Below are positions 24,770-40,659 of a stretch of DNA of 64,000 nucleotides, piece by piece. Under the pieces are notes generated by a model. That model saw only the letters and a program-made list of their open reading frames with translations. It made no database searches and was not told the DNA's origin. The stretch is taken from the NCBI RefSeq assembly GCF_009914755.1, contig NC_060934.1, one strand, 5' to 3'. The first letter of the stretch is position 1, and each line of letters begins with the position of its first letter. The translations under genes and the position numbers were made by a program. This DNA is from the human T2T-CHM13v2.0 reference genome, Homo sapiens.

Positions 24770-25000
24770 GCCGGACTGCGTGAGTGAGAATTCCTGTTCT
24801 GGCACTCTCAAGCTGTGTGATGCTGGGAAAGTTGCTGAACCTCCCTGGACCTCAGTTTCTTCATCTATAGAATGAGGATGGTAATGGGTCTTTACCTTAT
24901 TAATTGGATTGGAGGATTTAATGGCATCATTCATGTAAAGTGCCAGCACAGTTCCTGGCTCAAAATAAGGGCCAAGTAAATGTAAGCTATTATTATTCTC
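24770..25000 (+). mobile_element. MIR
   Basis: CCTCAGTTTCTTCATCTATAGAATGAGG...GCACAGTTCCTGGC. Confidence 0.75.
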
Positions 25001-25659
25001 CAATATGTTCATAAGCACTTGAATTTCTTCATTTCTGATCTGCCTATGTTCATATCAATTTCCCAGGATTTTTTCTTATTGATTGGTTAGAGCTCTTTGT
25101 ATATTAATAACATACGTTTATTTTTTTCATATAAGTTACAAGTATTTTTTTATTCCAGTGTTTCATTTGTCTCCTGTTTATCAGATCCTGGCTCCAAACC
25201 AGTGCAACATCCTTCTCAGGGACACAGCATTTTAAATCTTACAAAGCCCCTCATTTCCCATCTGTCATTTATGTCTCAGGACATCCACATGAGGCAAGCT
25301 GATGTATTTTTCAGTAAAGAAGGAGACTTTATTGACCAGGCAGGGCGAGTGACTTGCCTAAGGGCACAGAAGGAATTAGTGGTTTGTACAGACTGAAATG
25401 GAGGGTCCTGGCCCCTAGGTACCACCTCCTCCACTCTTAAAGAAGGGGAGAGGGAATCTGGAGGTGCAGGAAGGAAAAGGTCAAGGTCATCATGACAGAC
25501 AGCCTCACCCCATCCCCTCTCAGAACCCAAGAGCCTGGGTCCTTTTTTTTCTGTTAAGTTCTGACCATTCTCTCCTGATAAATCAAGGGAAGAATGCGAG
25601 TAAAGGGTATGTGTTACTCGGGCGAGACTCCCTGCTTGGAAGGTCTAGGAGGGGAGGTA

Positions 25660-25662
25660 TGT

Positions 25663-25695
<33 letters not shown>
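25660..25695. repeat. (TG)n microsatellite
   Basis: Read directly from sequence. Confidence 0.9.
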
Positions 25696-26966
25696 CATTC
25701 TTTCTGTCAAGTTGCCCAGCAGGTGAGCTGAAAGCTGGCTCTCTTAACTTGGGGATGAGCAATAGAGTCAGGTCTCGGTTCGTCATTTTCCAATTTCATC
25801 AGCTTTGAAAATATTTTAATAATAAAATCCAAGCATTTGATTTTCCTGACTAGTTGTTTATTCTGATTTATTGGCTATGCATGGTGCCTGAAGCTCCTCC
25901 AAACTCCCAAGGGTATCCCTGCATGTCTCAGGATGTCTCTTAACCCAGTGCCATGTGAGGGACAGAACCTAGACCAGGCATTCAGAGCCAGGTACCATTG
26001 TGCCTACCCTACTCACTGCTAGATGATGCTAGTGAGGTGCTCACACCTCTCTGGGCTTAGTCCCTCCATTGTAAGGCAAATGGGAGGCCTGCTGCCTCTG
26101 CCTTGCTGGGTTGTTGGTATGGCTGAAATGAGGGGATGAAGGTGATGTGGAAAACTTGATAGGAGAGTGGCTGCCGTGTGTCCATTCTGGTCTCCTTTGT
26201 CTCATGTCAAGCCCAGGGACTGGTTCTTTTTCTCTCTTCGGGTCTGTGACTTCTGGGAATCCTGCTTGCCTCGGTGCCCCCTGGTGAGGTGGTGCCATAT
26301 AGGTTGCTTTAGCACATCACCGAGAGGGACTCTCCAAACCCTATGCTAAGTGTTCACCGCCAGAACACTTGCATTTGGGCCAGACCGGGCTAGGGTACCT
26401 AACCATAGCTTCCTGGGTTCATTTCACAGGGTGGACAGCAACTGAGAGATGTCCAGGGAAATTTCCCTTTTTAAGAGATAGGGGTTCTGGGGCCCATAAG
26501 GGCAGGAAGTATCCCCAACCACAGGCAAGTTCATGAAGCCCATAGGGAGTAGGATGGAGCCAGTTGCCAGGAGCAGGGAAAGGTTCATGTCTTTGCTCCT
26601 CCATGTACCCAGGGACTCAGCACCACCTGCAAGTTGATGGAAAGGCAGAATCTCAGCACACTCTGAGCCCCCGAATCAGAGTCTGCATTTTAACAGAACC
26701 CCTAGGTGAGGCAGAAGCCCACTACTCCAGTATCATTCATTCATTCACTCACCTAGCAAACATGCCTGAGGCCGACTCTGTGCCGTGCCCTGTGCTGACG
26801 AAGACCGGCCAAAAGACCTTGTTCTGGTCTTCCTGAAGCTCAGGTGGAGCAGACACCCCAACGGCCAACAAATGTGAAGATTGAGAACTGTGATGGGAGC
26901 CTGAGGTGGGAGCAGCTAAGCTTCCCTGGGGAATTGGGGGTCAGGGAAGTAGTCCCAAGAGGCTGA

Positions 26967-27383
<417 letters not shown>

Positions 27384-27711
27384 TGATGGAGGAACCTGAG
27401 CAGGGGCGGGGAGGCATTTCAGGAAGAGGGAGCAGTTGCTCCTGCACAATTTTGTTGCATCGGGCCAAGCAGGAAGGCTGGAGAGGTGAGGAAGAGCCCC
27501 GGGGGAAAGCATGGACCATCAGGGAAAAGTCAGACATTGCCCTGTTGCTAAAGGCACTCCTGGATGGGTTTTAGCCCGGGGAGACCTGAATCAAATTAGG
27601 GTGCATAGAAAGACCATGATATCCCCTTGATGGGGAGGAGAAAGAGGAGAAACAGGAGGACTAGGAGGGAAAGCCGAGGCGATTTGACTCAGCATGAGTG
27701 AGATGTGGGGC

Positions 27712-27900
27712 AGGGAGAGAGAGAGAGAGAAAGACACAAAGAGAGAGACAAGGAGAGACAAAGGGGAGAGAGAGAGGAGAGAGAGAGAGAGAACAGAGAG
27801 ACAGAGGAGAGAAAGAGACAGAGGAGAGAGAGAGGGGAACAGAAGAAAGAGAGGCAGAGAGACAGTGAAGAGAGAGAAAGAGAGAGAGATTGAGAAAGAA
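27712..27900. repeat. GA-rich polypurine tract
   Basis: Degenerate (GA)n of ~190 bp. Confidence 0.9.
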
Positions 27901-28541
27901 ACTTTGCATCCGCAGGCCTGGGCCCCATGCAGCACTGACAGTGGTAGGCAGCCGACGTGAAGCAGGAGGCACAGGCAGGGAGGATGGACACAGCACCTCC
28001 CACAGCTTCTGAGTCCTTGGTGCAGAATGTTTATGGCACTTTTCTTCGTTCTTTCTTAAGACTTATTTAGTACTCATCTTTTCTCCTTTACTCCATTGTG
28101 AGCTTCCCAATGATAGGGGCACTGTCTCTCTCATGTCTGTCTTCCCACATTGCTTATATCTAGGATGGGAAATGCAAGGCTCCCAGGCAATGCTTAGTTA
28201 AAGGGGCAAAGGGCTGTGGTCTTGTCTTAAGTCTCTGCCAGGCTGAATGCCTAGAACTTGGCCCTCAGGAGGGCCTGAGTCACTGTGGGACACAGACTTT
28301 TAAAAGGTGAAACAGCCACCAGCCAGGGGTGAGGAACTAACAGCAGACACATTGCCTGATTTTAAGATGTACTATAAAGCTACAGTAATCAACTAAGTGT
28401 GGTATTGGTAAAGAATAGACATAGATCAATGGAACAGAATAGAAAATTCGGAAGCAGATCCACACATGCACAGCCAATTGATTTTCAACAAAGATGCAAA
28501 AGCAATTCAATGAAGATAATCTTGCTAACAAATGGTGCTAG

Positions 28542-29316
<775 letters not shown>

Positions 29317-29518
29317 CATATACAAAAAAGATTTATCTTGATTCATACTTCGCAGCATATATAAAAATGAACCCAAAATGGATCACAGGCCTAAATGTAA
29401 AATTGAAAACTAACAGATACAAACAAAGAAGAAAATGTGTGACCAGGGTTGGGCAAATATCTCTTAGATGTGACACAAAAGCATGGCCTACAAGAGAAAA
29501 GTGAATAAACTGGCTATC

Positions 29519-30452
29519 TTTTTTTTTTTAATTATTATTATACTTTAAGTTCTAGGGTACATGAGCACAATGTGCAGGTTAGTTACATATGTATACATGT
29601 GCCATGTTGATGTGCTGCACCCATTAACTCGTCATTTACATTAGATATATCTCCTAATGCTATCCCTCCCCTACCTCATCCCACAACAGGCCCTGGTGTG
29701 TGACGTCCCCCTTCCTGTGTCCAAGTGTTCTCATTGTTCAGTTCCCACCTACGAGTGAGAACATGCGATGTTTGGTTTTTTGTCCTTGCGATTGTTTGCT
29801 GAGAATGATGGTTTCCAGCTTCATCCATGTCCCTACAAAGGACATGAACTCATCATTTTTTATGGCTGCATAGCATTCCATGGTGTATATGTGCCACATT
29901 TTCTTAATCCAGTCTATCATTGTTGGACATTTGGGTTGGTTCCAAGTCTTTGCTATTGTGAGTAGTGCCGCAGTAAACATACGTGTGCATGTGTCTTTAT
30001 AGCAGCATGATTTCTAATTCTTTGGGTATATAGCCAGTAATGGGATGGCTGGGTCAAATGGTAATTCTAGTTCTAGATCCCTGAGGAATCGCCACACTGT
30101 CTTCCACAATGGTTGAACCAGTTTACAGTCCCACCAACAGTGTAAAAGTGTTCCTATTTCTCCACAACCTCTCCAGCACCTGTTGTTTCCTGACTTTTTA
30201 ATGATCGCCATTCTAACTGGTGTGGTGGTTTTGATTTGCATTTCTCTGATGGCCAGTGATGATGAGCATTTTTTCATGTGTCTGTTGGCTGCATAAATGT
30301 CTTTTTTTGAGAAGTGTCTGTTCATATCCTTTGCCCACTTTTTGATGGGGTTGTTTTTTTCTTGTAAATTTGTTTGAGTTCTTTATAGATTCTGGATATT
30401 AGCCCTTTGTCAGATGAGTAGATTGCAAAAATTTTCTCCCATTCTGTAGGTT
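29519..30452 (-). mobile_element. L1PA (L1PA4-like), 5'-truncated
   Basis: ORF2 C-terminal peptides in the ORF track; TSD TAAACTGGCT(A/G)TCTTT at 29506-29521 and 30453-30468. Confidence 0.95.
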
Positions 30453-30485
30453 TAAACTGGCTGTCTTTAAAATTAGAAACTTCTA

Positions 30486-30800
30486 AGCTGGGCACAGTGG
30501 CTTACGCCTGTAATTCCAGCACTTGGGGAGGCCAAGGCAGGAGGATTGCTTGAGCCCAGGAGTTTGAGACCAGCCTAGGCAACATAGAGAGACCCTATCC
30601 TTATAAAAATAAAAAATAAAAAAATTAACCTTGTGTGGTGGCATGTGCTTGCAGTCCTAGCAACGTAGGTGGCTGAGGCAGGAGGCTGAGGTGGGAGGAT
30701 CACTTGAGTCCAAGAGGTCAAGGCTGCAGTGAGCCATGATTGTGCCACTGTACTCCAGCCTGGGCAACTGACCAAGACCCTGTCTGAAAAACAAAATCCA
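30486..30800 (+). mobile_element. AluJ-like
   Basis: J-type motifs; TSD AAACTTCTA. Confidence 0.92.
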
Positions 30801-31448
30801 AAACTTCTACTATTTGAAAGACACAGTTAAGGAAATGAAAAGACAAACCATAGAGTGGAAGAAAATATTTTCAAAACACATATCTGATAAATAACTTGTA
30901 TTAAGGATATATGAAGATCTCTCAAAACTTAACAATAAGAAAACAAGCAACCCAATTTAAAAATGGGAAAATATTTGAACAGATGCTTCATCAAAGGAGG
31001 TATATGACTGGCCAATAGTTATGTGAAAAAATGCCCAACATGCTTAGTTATCAGGGAAATGCAAATTAAAACCATAAGATCAGACCAATGCATACAAAAT
31101 GGAGTGGCTTAAAAAAACCCTAACAGTACCAACTGCCTTGAGGGTTCTCAGTACCAACTAAGAACTCTTGTACACTGCTGGTAGGAATACAAGATGGGAT
31201 CACCACTTTGTCAAACTCTGTGGAAGCTTCTTATAAAGTCAAACAAATATTTACCACATGACTTACCAAACATACTGCTAGGTACTTACCCAAGAGAAGT
31301 GAAAAATTATGTTTGCACACAAGCCTATCCACCAATGTTTACAGTAGCTTTATTTATTATCACCGAAACCTGTAAACAACCCCAAAGCCCTTGAACAAAC
31401 TCTGGTATATTTATGTAATAGAATGCTTATCAATAAAAAACAATGAAC

Positions 31449-31452
<4 letters not shown>

Positions 31453-31503
<51 letters not shown>
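31453..31503. repeat. (TA)n microsatellite (~25 units)
   Basis: Read directly from sequence. Confidence 0.95.
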
Positions 31504-31508
<5 letters not shown>

Positions 31509-32027
31509 ATAAATCTCAAATGCATTCTGCTACGTGAAAGAAGCCAGACTCAACAGCTGCGTATCTGAATTATTCCATCTGTGTGAATTCTGGAAAAGGG
31601 AAAACTATTGGGATAGGAAATAAAGGAGAGCTTGCCAAGGGCTGGAGAGTAAGGGAAAGGCTGACTACAAAGAGGCTCAGATGGATTTGGGGAGTGAAAG
31701 TGTCCTATATTTTTACTGTGATGGTAACATGGTTGCGTTTGTCAAAACTCATAGAATTGTACACTAAAAAGAGTAAATTTTATCATACACTTATATCTTA
31801 ATATACTTTTCAGAAAGCAAAGTATGTAATTATACAGATCAACAGGAAGAACAAATAAAACCATACAATACTCACACCTGCAACATAACTAGAAGACACA
31901 GAACACTATAATCTTCCAATTACCCAAGAGAATAAAAATAAGCAACCATTACCAGTGGAGCTCTTTCTGAAGTTTCTGCCCCAAACCTTGTCACCGAGTA
32001 AGGCAGAGCCTGGATAAAACTGCATGG

Positions 32028-32304
32028 GAGGTGCATGGATCACCTGAGGTCAGGAGTTGGAGACTAGCCTCGACAACATGGAGAAACCCCGTCTCTGCTA
32101 AAAATACAAAAAATAGTCAGGCGTCGTAGCGCCCGCCTATAATCCCAGCTACTAGGGTGGCTGAGGCAGGAGGATTGCTTGAACCCCAGGGGCTGAGGTT
32201 TCAGTGAGCTGAGATGGCGTCACTGCACTCCAGTCTGGGCGACAGAGCGAGACTCTGTTTCAAAAAACAAAACAAAACAAAACAAAAAAACAACAACAAA
32301 GAGA
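32028..32304 (+). mobile_element. Alu, 5'-truncated
   Basis: Begins near GGATCACCTGAGG; TSD AAAACTGCAT(G/A)GGAG. Confidence 0.9.
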
Positions 32305-32369
32305 AAAACTGCATAGGAGAGAGAACAGGGGAATAGAGTGCTCAAGACTGAGCTAAAACCATCCCCAGA

Positions 32370-32965
32370 AAGACTGGAAACAGCCTAGTTGTCCTTCAAT
32401 AGCTGGATAGTTAAAGGTTAGACCAGCATGGTACATCCATGCCCCAAAATGCTGCTCAGTAGTCAAAAGGAAGGAACTGTTGTCTCAGAATGCGGATGGA
32501 TCTCCAGGTCATTCTGCTGAGTGAAAACAGACAATCTCAGAAAGCTATCTTTGTGTGATTCCATTGATGTAACACTCTTGAAACAAAATTTTAGAAATGG
32601 AGAGCACATTAGTGGTTGCCAGGGGTTAAGCAGATGTGGCTGTAAAAGCGCTGCGGGAGGGATCCCGCGGTGACGGAGCACTCTGTATCCTGACTGTATC
32701 CATGTCAACACCCTGGTTGTGATGTGGTCATACAGTGTTGCAAGATGTTACACTGGGGAAAACTGGGTACAGGGTACAGTGGGCCTCTCTGTATCATTGC
32801 TTACAACTGCTTGTGAATCATGACTCTACAGTTAAAAAGCTCGGTGAAAAAAAAAACCCTCATTTACAATCGCATCAAAAAATGTGAAATACTTGGAGAT
32901 AAATCTGACAAATATGTGTAGGACTTGTAGACTGAAAACTACAAAACATTGGTGAGAATGAAAGG
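32370..32965 (+). mobile_element. L1MC-like 3' end plus adjacent L1M fragment
   Basis: TTAGTGGTTGCCAGGGGTTA...CAAGATGTTAC...GGAAACTGGGT...CTTACAACTGCTTGTGAATC. Confidence 0.7.
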
Positions 32966-33014
32966 CTTAAATCACAGTACGCTAACAATAGATGGATTTG
33001 ATGAATGTAAGTGA

Positions 33015-33979
<965 letters not shown>

Positions 33980-35969
33980 CTTGTTAAAGTCACAGGTGGC
34001 AATCATCAACAACTTGTTAGACAGTTTGCTCTTTAAATGCATAGATTTCTAAATCTAAAAATTAGGAAAAAAAAAAAAAATGAAACCTCATGCCCAGGTG
34101 TGACCATTTCTTGATTGCATCCTCACAGGATTTTGGGTTGAAAGAAAACAAAGTCCCTGATTCTGCCACAGCCCACCCAAGCATGTCCTCAGAGGTGGCA
34201 TTGAATTGTCCCATTGCACTGTCCCCTGTTGTCTGAGACTGCACTGTGGGCCAAACACCCATGGCAGGCCCCACGGAGGGGACTCTGATACCATGTCATC
34301 TCCACTCAGTCATCTAATTAGATGTTGGTCAGGTACCCACTGGAGGCCGGACAGCACATAAAGGTGGGGAGGGGGTTTGTGGGGGGCTTCTGATGGAGAC
34401 GAGTAGACCAGGTGAGTACTAAATGACTCAATCTAGATGAGAGGAAGAAAGGGTCATAGGTATTCATTCGGAACCCAGAAGGCCTCAGACAAGTGCTGTG
34501 CACCTCGCCCTGGACAACCCAGCAGGGTCACCCTGCAGCTGCAGGGCAGGCTCTGAGCTTGGGCGGGCACAGACTCTGAGCCTGGGCAGCCTGAGGGTAC
34601 AGAGGGTGCCAGAATTAGGCCCCTTTCGTTGCCTTTGGGAGATCAATGCCTGCAAGGGCCCCGATGCAGCCAGGTGGAAGGGGCTCAGCGTGGGGACAGT
34701 CTCTCCCATGTGCTGGCTGGCCTGGGGACAGCTTTGCCTCTGCGGATTAGTGTGAGAGGTCAGGACCCCCATGAAGCCATGCCCCCCCCCCACCAGGACA
34801 TGAGAAGGTACCAGCTCCTGGAGTTTTGTGTCCCAGGCCTGGTCGGGACACTTGGGCTGCCAGGGGGCCTGGTCCTGGGCCACTCTCAGGCCAACTCCAG
34901 GCTGAGGACCGGGAGCTGGAGGAAAGGGCTGGTGGTCTCTGAACCACTAGCTTCCCTGTGGTTCCTGCCCTGGTGGCTGAGGTTAGTGCGACTCCCCTCA
35001 ATCCAGCCCGGTCCAGAACGTTCTGAGTTGGGGATGGGAGCTTCTTCCCACCAGAGAAAGCATTGCAAACCTTTTTGTGGTGAAAACATCCAAATGGACA
35101 GAAAACTAGAGAGGGTGGATCCATGACCCTATCGCCCATCACCCAGTGGGCCCAGTTCTTGACTCTGTTTTGCCAAGAAGGGGGATCAAGTCCCCAGCTT
35201 TTGAAGATATGCCAGACTGGGTTTGAAAACTTCCGCTTCTCTCAGACAGAGCACTTTCCAACCCTTGGCCCTAGTGGGTCCATCTATGATGCGGAGACAG
35301 GAATCCCAAACTCAGAGGGGGCTGCGAAGATCTAATGAAGGAACCTTTGTGAGGGGCTCCCTGGAGAGGCAGACACACTGAGGGTGAGGAATTCAGGTTG
35401 GACCTGTCTCCGGCCACAGCCAGTCCAGGGCTTAGCCCATCCTTGCTGTGTGCCGCAGCCCCTTGCTCTCAGCTTTGACTCTCACAAGCCTCAGGTCCTC
35501 TGTAGGCACTATAGAGAGGCGATAGTCAGGCCCCACTCCATCCTCCTCCTCCCTGCTGCCCACCGAGGTTCCTTCACCATCTGGACATAGCCCTGAGCCC
35601 GGGCTCAGCTCCAGTCCCAAGGCTTGGGCTTGCAGGGCATCAGCTCCAGCGACCTGCCTTCTCCCCCCATCGAGGGCTGTGTGACGTGTGTGTGCATGTG
35701 TATGATGTATGTGGTTGTGTGTGTGTGGTATGTGTGATGTGTGTGGTCGGCAGTCAGCTGGGTAGGCCTAGACCTGCCCAGTGACCCCAGGGACAAAGGA
35801 GCAGTCCTTTCGGATCCTCCCAGCGCAGGGATCCTCTGATGGACAAGGAGACGCTGCAGTCAGAGGCACTGTGTTTTCAGGACAGACTGAGGCAAAGCAT
35901 TTTGGCAAATGGCCTTGGAGCCCTGAACACCCTGAGACCTTGTCACCGCCAAGCCCCCGGACCAGGTAT

Positions 35970-36233
35970 ACACAGCAATTCTAAATTTGCTAATAGCCTC
36001 ATTAAAAAGCAAAAGGAAACAGGTGAAATTAATTTTCATAATATATTTTACTTAACCCAATATATCTAAAATGTTACCATTTCAAAGTTTAATTTGTATA
36101 TGACTGAGATATTTTGCATTTCTCTTCATGCTCCGTCTTCGAGGTCTGGCATGCACCCGGCACTCACAGCACGTCTCAGTGGGACCAGCCCGGCTTCCAA
36201 GGCTCAGCAGCCACTGGAGACAGCACAGGTCTA
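35970..36233. mobile_element. MER33-like hAT-Charlie element
   Basis: AAACAGGTGAAATTAATTTT..ATATATTTTACTTAACCCAATATATC...GACAGCACAGGTCTAG. Confidence 0.7.
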
Positions 36234-36475
36234 GTGCAGTTGCTCTCAACTCTGCTGTGCATTACAATCACCTGAGAGCTTTGAAAAAGTGCCAGTTTCC
36301 GGGCTGCCTGGGAACCCCCTCATAGTTACATGGGAATCTCAGGGAGGGGTGGGGCAGACAGGGGTCACTGATCCTGGGGTGGGAGGTGTCACAGCCCCAC
36401 GGAAGGGCTTCCCATCAGAGGGAACAGCGTGTGCAAAGGCAGGGGAGTGGGGAAGAGCAATGTTTAGGGGGAACT

Positions 36476-38085
36476 GTGAGTGGTGGTGTGTGTGTGCAGT
36501 TGTGTGTGTGATTGTGATGTGTGTGCACATGTGTGTGTTGTATGTGGTATGTATTATGTGTGTGGTGTATATGGTTGTATGTGTGTGGTGTGGATGTGTT
36601 TGGTATGTGTGATGTGTGCAGTTGTGATGCTGTGTGTTCATGTGGTGTGTGTGTGTGTGGTGTGTGTGGGGTGTGGTGTTGTGTGTGGTTTGTGTGATGT
36701 GTATGGCATGTGTGGTTGTGTGTATGTGATGTGTGATGTGTGTGGTGGTGTGTGGTTGTGTGATGTGTGTATGCAATGTATGTGTGTGCATGTATGTGTG
36801 GAGTGTATGATTATGCATGTGTGGTGTATATGGTAGGTATGGTGTGTGTGATTGTGTGCATGTTGTTTGTATGATGTGTATATGTGTGACTGTGTGTGAT
36901 TATGTGATGTGTGTGTTGTGTATGGTGTGTGGTGTGTATGCAATTGTGTGATGTGTGTGATGTGTGATGTATATGATGTGTTTCGTGTGTGGTTGTGTGT
37001 GGTGTGTGTGGTTGTGTGATGCACGTGGTTGTGTATCTGTGTGTGGGGTGTGTGCACTGTGTGTGGTGTGTGGTTGTGTGTGATTGTGTGATGTATGATG
37101 AATGTGATGTGTGTGGTTGTGGTGTGTGTGGTTGTGTGTGTGACGTATGTGGTTGTGAATTTGTGTGTGAGGTATGTGGAGTGTGTGTATTGTGTATGGT
37201 TGTGTGCAGTGTGTTATTGTATGCGATTATGTGATGTGTGTGGTTGTATGTGGTGTGTGTGGTATATGTGTGTTGTATGTATGTGATGTGTGTGGTTGTG
37301 TGGTGTGTGGTATGTGTGGTTTTATGATGTGTGTGGTTTTGGATTTGTGTGTAGGGTGTGTGTAGTGTGTGTGGTTGTGTGTAGTGTGTGATTGATGTGT
37401 GATGAATAAGATGTGTATGGTTCTGTGTGGTTTGTGTGGTATATGTGTGGTGTGCATGTCGTGTGTGGTTGTGTGGTTGTGTGTGTGGTTGTATGATGTG
37501 TGTGGTTGTGTGTGGTCTGTGTGGTTGTGTGTATGCGATGTGTGTGGTTGTATGGGTGGTGTGTAGTGTGTGTGGTTGTGTGATATGTGTGGTTGTGTGT
37601 TTGTGTGGGGGTGTGTGTATTTTGTGTGGTTGTGTGTATGTGACTGTGATGTATGTGATATGTGTGGTTGTGTGTATTGTGTGTGGTTGTATGCAGTTGT
37701 GTGATGTATGTGATGTGTATGGTTATATGTGGTGTGTGTGGTATGTGATGTATGTGGTGTGTATGTGGTGTGAGGTGTGTGGTTGTGTGATATGTGTGTT
37801 TGTATGTGGGGTATGTGTATTGTGTGTGATTGTGTGTATGCGATGTGTGTGGTTGTGTGTGTGGCGTGTGTGGTTGTGTGTGCGATGTGTGTGTTTGTGT
37901 GTGGGGTGTGTGTATCATGTGCAATTATGTGTATGTGATGTGTGTGGTTGTGTGTGATATGTGTGGCTGTGTGTGTGATGTGTGTGTGTGGGGTGTATGT
38001 ATTGTGTGTGGTTGTGTGTGTGATGTGTGTTTGTGTGTGGGGTATGTGTAGTATAGAGGGTGTGAGTTATGTGTGTGGTATGTGA
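36476..38085. repeat. ~1.6 kb degenerate (TG)-rich low-complexity tract
   Basis: Mosaic of TGTGTG, TGTGG, TGTGA, TGTAT and GGTTG units; almost no C on the + strand. Confidence 0.95.
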
Positions 38086-38842
38086 ACCCGGCTCGCCACT
38101 TCCTGACCTCAGCAATCTTAGAGCTGTAAGTGCCCTGACATGGAGTTGCAGTGGCTTCTGACTCCCAAAGGTGCCCATTCTTCTGTGGCCACTGCCTTTT
38201 TAAAAAAGCAATTTTATTGGCTTCAGTCATCAAAATCTGATACAGAAGAGAGAAAAGAGAAATTCTTCTGGTTGAAATGTGTGTATGTGTGTGTGCATGG
38301 TGCGGGGTGTGCATGGGCGTGCTCATGTGTGTGTGTGAATGCACACACGCGCTCATGCCTGTGTCTGTGTTTGGATGTGGGGCCTCCTCAGACGGCTTGC
38401 ACTCCGAATAGCTTGCTTGGAAACCACAGCGCTCACTGGCTGCTGGTGAGACCCGGCCCAAAGAGGGCCACCTTTGAGCAGGGTTAGTGCTCTTTGGCCA
38501 CGGCCCTTTCACACCCTCAGGCTGCCTCTGGTCCGCAGGCTCAATCTGGAAGACACTACTCCTCCCACTCACCCCCATTCTTTCTGTGTGGTCTTAGCAA
38601 GTCACTGCCCTCAGGACTCTGGCCCCATGTTGAGTAAAATGGGTGGCCAGATATGGGCCTCTGACGCATGGCCCTTGCTGCCATTCCTCCAGGGCTTTCC
38701 ATGCCAGTCCCAGGGTGTTCTGGACATGACCCTTACCCCTGAACCAGCTCTGATCCCATTGCAGCCCGAGGTGGGTTCCTGGGCTCCTTGGGGCAGGATG
38801 CCAGGCCATTCCAAGCCCCAGCACTGAAACTCCTCCTCCCCC

Positions 38843-39588
38843 TGAAAATGACTTTGCAAAAATTATAACAGTGAGAAAATGATGGCAGTGAAAGAGATCC
38901 GACCTAACGGACTCCATCTTGCTTCTAACCTCCAAGCGATCCTTGTTCATTCCTGGGGGTAGGTAGAACTAATTTTGGGAGAAATTTAGTTTATAGTTTT
39001 ACTTTGCAACAAAAATGATAAGAGCCCTTTCCTGAAACAACCCCGCTTCTTGGCTTCTTGCCTGGGGACCAGTCTGCCTTTGAAGGACTAACAAATTAGT
39101 CACAATATTAGAAATTACGGTTTAGGAGTCACGCAGCCAGGGGCTGCAAGATTTGGAACCTCCCCAAACTGCTCCTGGGGCTAACGTCACTGTTGTAAAA
39201 ACTCAGATTAATGCTAGAGCTATTTTGCAGACCCTGTGTTCCAATGCACCAGCAGGCACCCAGACCGGTACTCTGGCTCAACCAGTTCTGCGATGCCACC
39301 CAGGAACCGAATGAAGACAGCAAAATAATCCCACTTTGACACTCTATGATTTTATTTCTGACTCCACCAATCAGCACTCCCCACTTTCCGACTCCCTACC
39401 CACCAAATTATCCTTAAAAACCTGAGTCTCAGAATTTTCAGGGAGACTTAAAAATTTGAGTAATCATAAAACTCTGGTCTCTCATACAGCTGGCTCTGCA
39501 TGAATTAGTCTTTCTCTATTACAATTCTCCTGTCATGATAAATCGGCTATCTGGGCAGCAGGTGAGGAGAACCCCTTGGGCGGTTACA
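38843..39588 (+). mobile_element. LTR8/LTR8A-like ERV1 solo LTR
   Basis: TG...CA termini (TGAAAATGACTTTGCAAAAATTAT ... GGGCGGTTACA), GACTCCATCTTGCTTCTAACCTCCAAG, poly-C TSD on both sides. Confidence 0.85.
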
Positions 39589-40659
39589 CCCCCACAGAAA
39601 CCCTCTCTCTGCTTCCTGCTCCTCTTGCCGTTCCCCGCCCAGGCTGGCTCTGCCATGCCAGGGCCTGGCAGAGGAGCAGCAGAGGTGTGGCTGCCAGCCC
39701 CGCCTGGAAGCTCTGAGTTCCCTTCCTGCACCCACGTCCAGGACTCCAGCCTGGGCTCTGTAAAGGTCTTCTTAGGGGGGAAACACAAGCCTAGCCAGGG
39801 GGTGCCCTGAGGGACTGTGGGTGTGGGCAGGGCCCTTCCCTTCCCAGGGCCTCCTAGAGCCTGAATCTGTGCATACAGCAGGCCAGTCCCACCACCGTGG
39901 AATTTCCTGGCTCCAATCTCCCTTTGGTCTGGGCTGTTCCTACCAAGGCTGCCTGGCTGGGGTGGCAGCTTAGTGGGTGGCCTCACAGGACTCACAGCAG
40001 CCCCACAGGGGTTCTGTGAGCCTGGGAAGGAAGGAAGGACCCTCCAGGTCATATGGGCCTAAAAGCCACTGGCAGGCATGCTTCAGCCTGGGGGCAGCCT
40101 GCAGATGCCCGAGACCCCAGGCCATCACTCAGCCCAGTCTATCCATAATTACCCTGTTCACAGGGGTGGGGGTGGGGCGCCTCAAAGCGGGAAGCCCTCC
40201 CTGCCTCCCACCCAGGGTCAAGCCAGTGATATGCTGATAACCTTCAGTGACCCACCCCCTGCCACAATCACTCAGGGAAAGCCAGAAAACCCAGAGCTTG
40301 GGCTTGCTAGGTTGAACCTCTGCCGTTTCCTCTCCTTGAGTCTAATGGGCACGTGGGCTGGTGGAGACATGTAGGGTCTGAGAAATTACTGGGTCAAGGG
40401 TATGGTGGTGAGAAGGGAGGTGTGAGAGAGAGAAAACTCGGGAGGTGCAATCTGTGGAAGAGAGTACATATGACCCCTTGCTGGGGTGTGTGGGAAGACC
40501 GGGGCAGGTACCTGTCACCATAATCTGTCCACTCAGTGGATGAGCCCTCCCTAATGGGGATGCCAGCTGGATTTTGACATTTCAGGCACTTCAAATGCTT
40601 TTAAGACATTTGCTAACAAAGAGGTGAATAAGAGAGCTTCATGGCATGGAGGAGCAAGT

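Noticed and set aside
27591-28003. Leu/Ser-rich and Arg/Glu-rich ORFs
   Set aside because: Translations of the GA-rich tract.
36339-38578. His/Thr-rich and Cys/Val-rich ORFs (also 60396-61043)
   Set aside because: Translations of TG/CA low-complexity DNA, not metallothionein- or keratin-associated genes.
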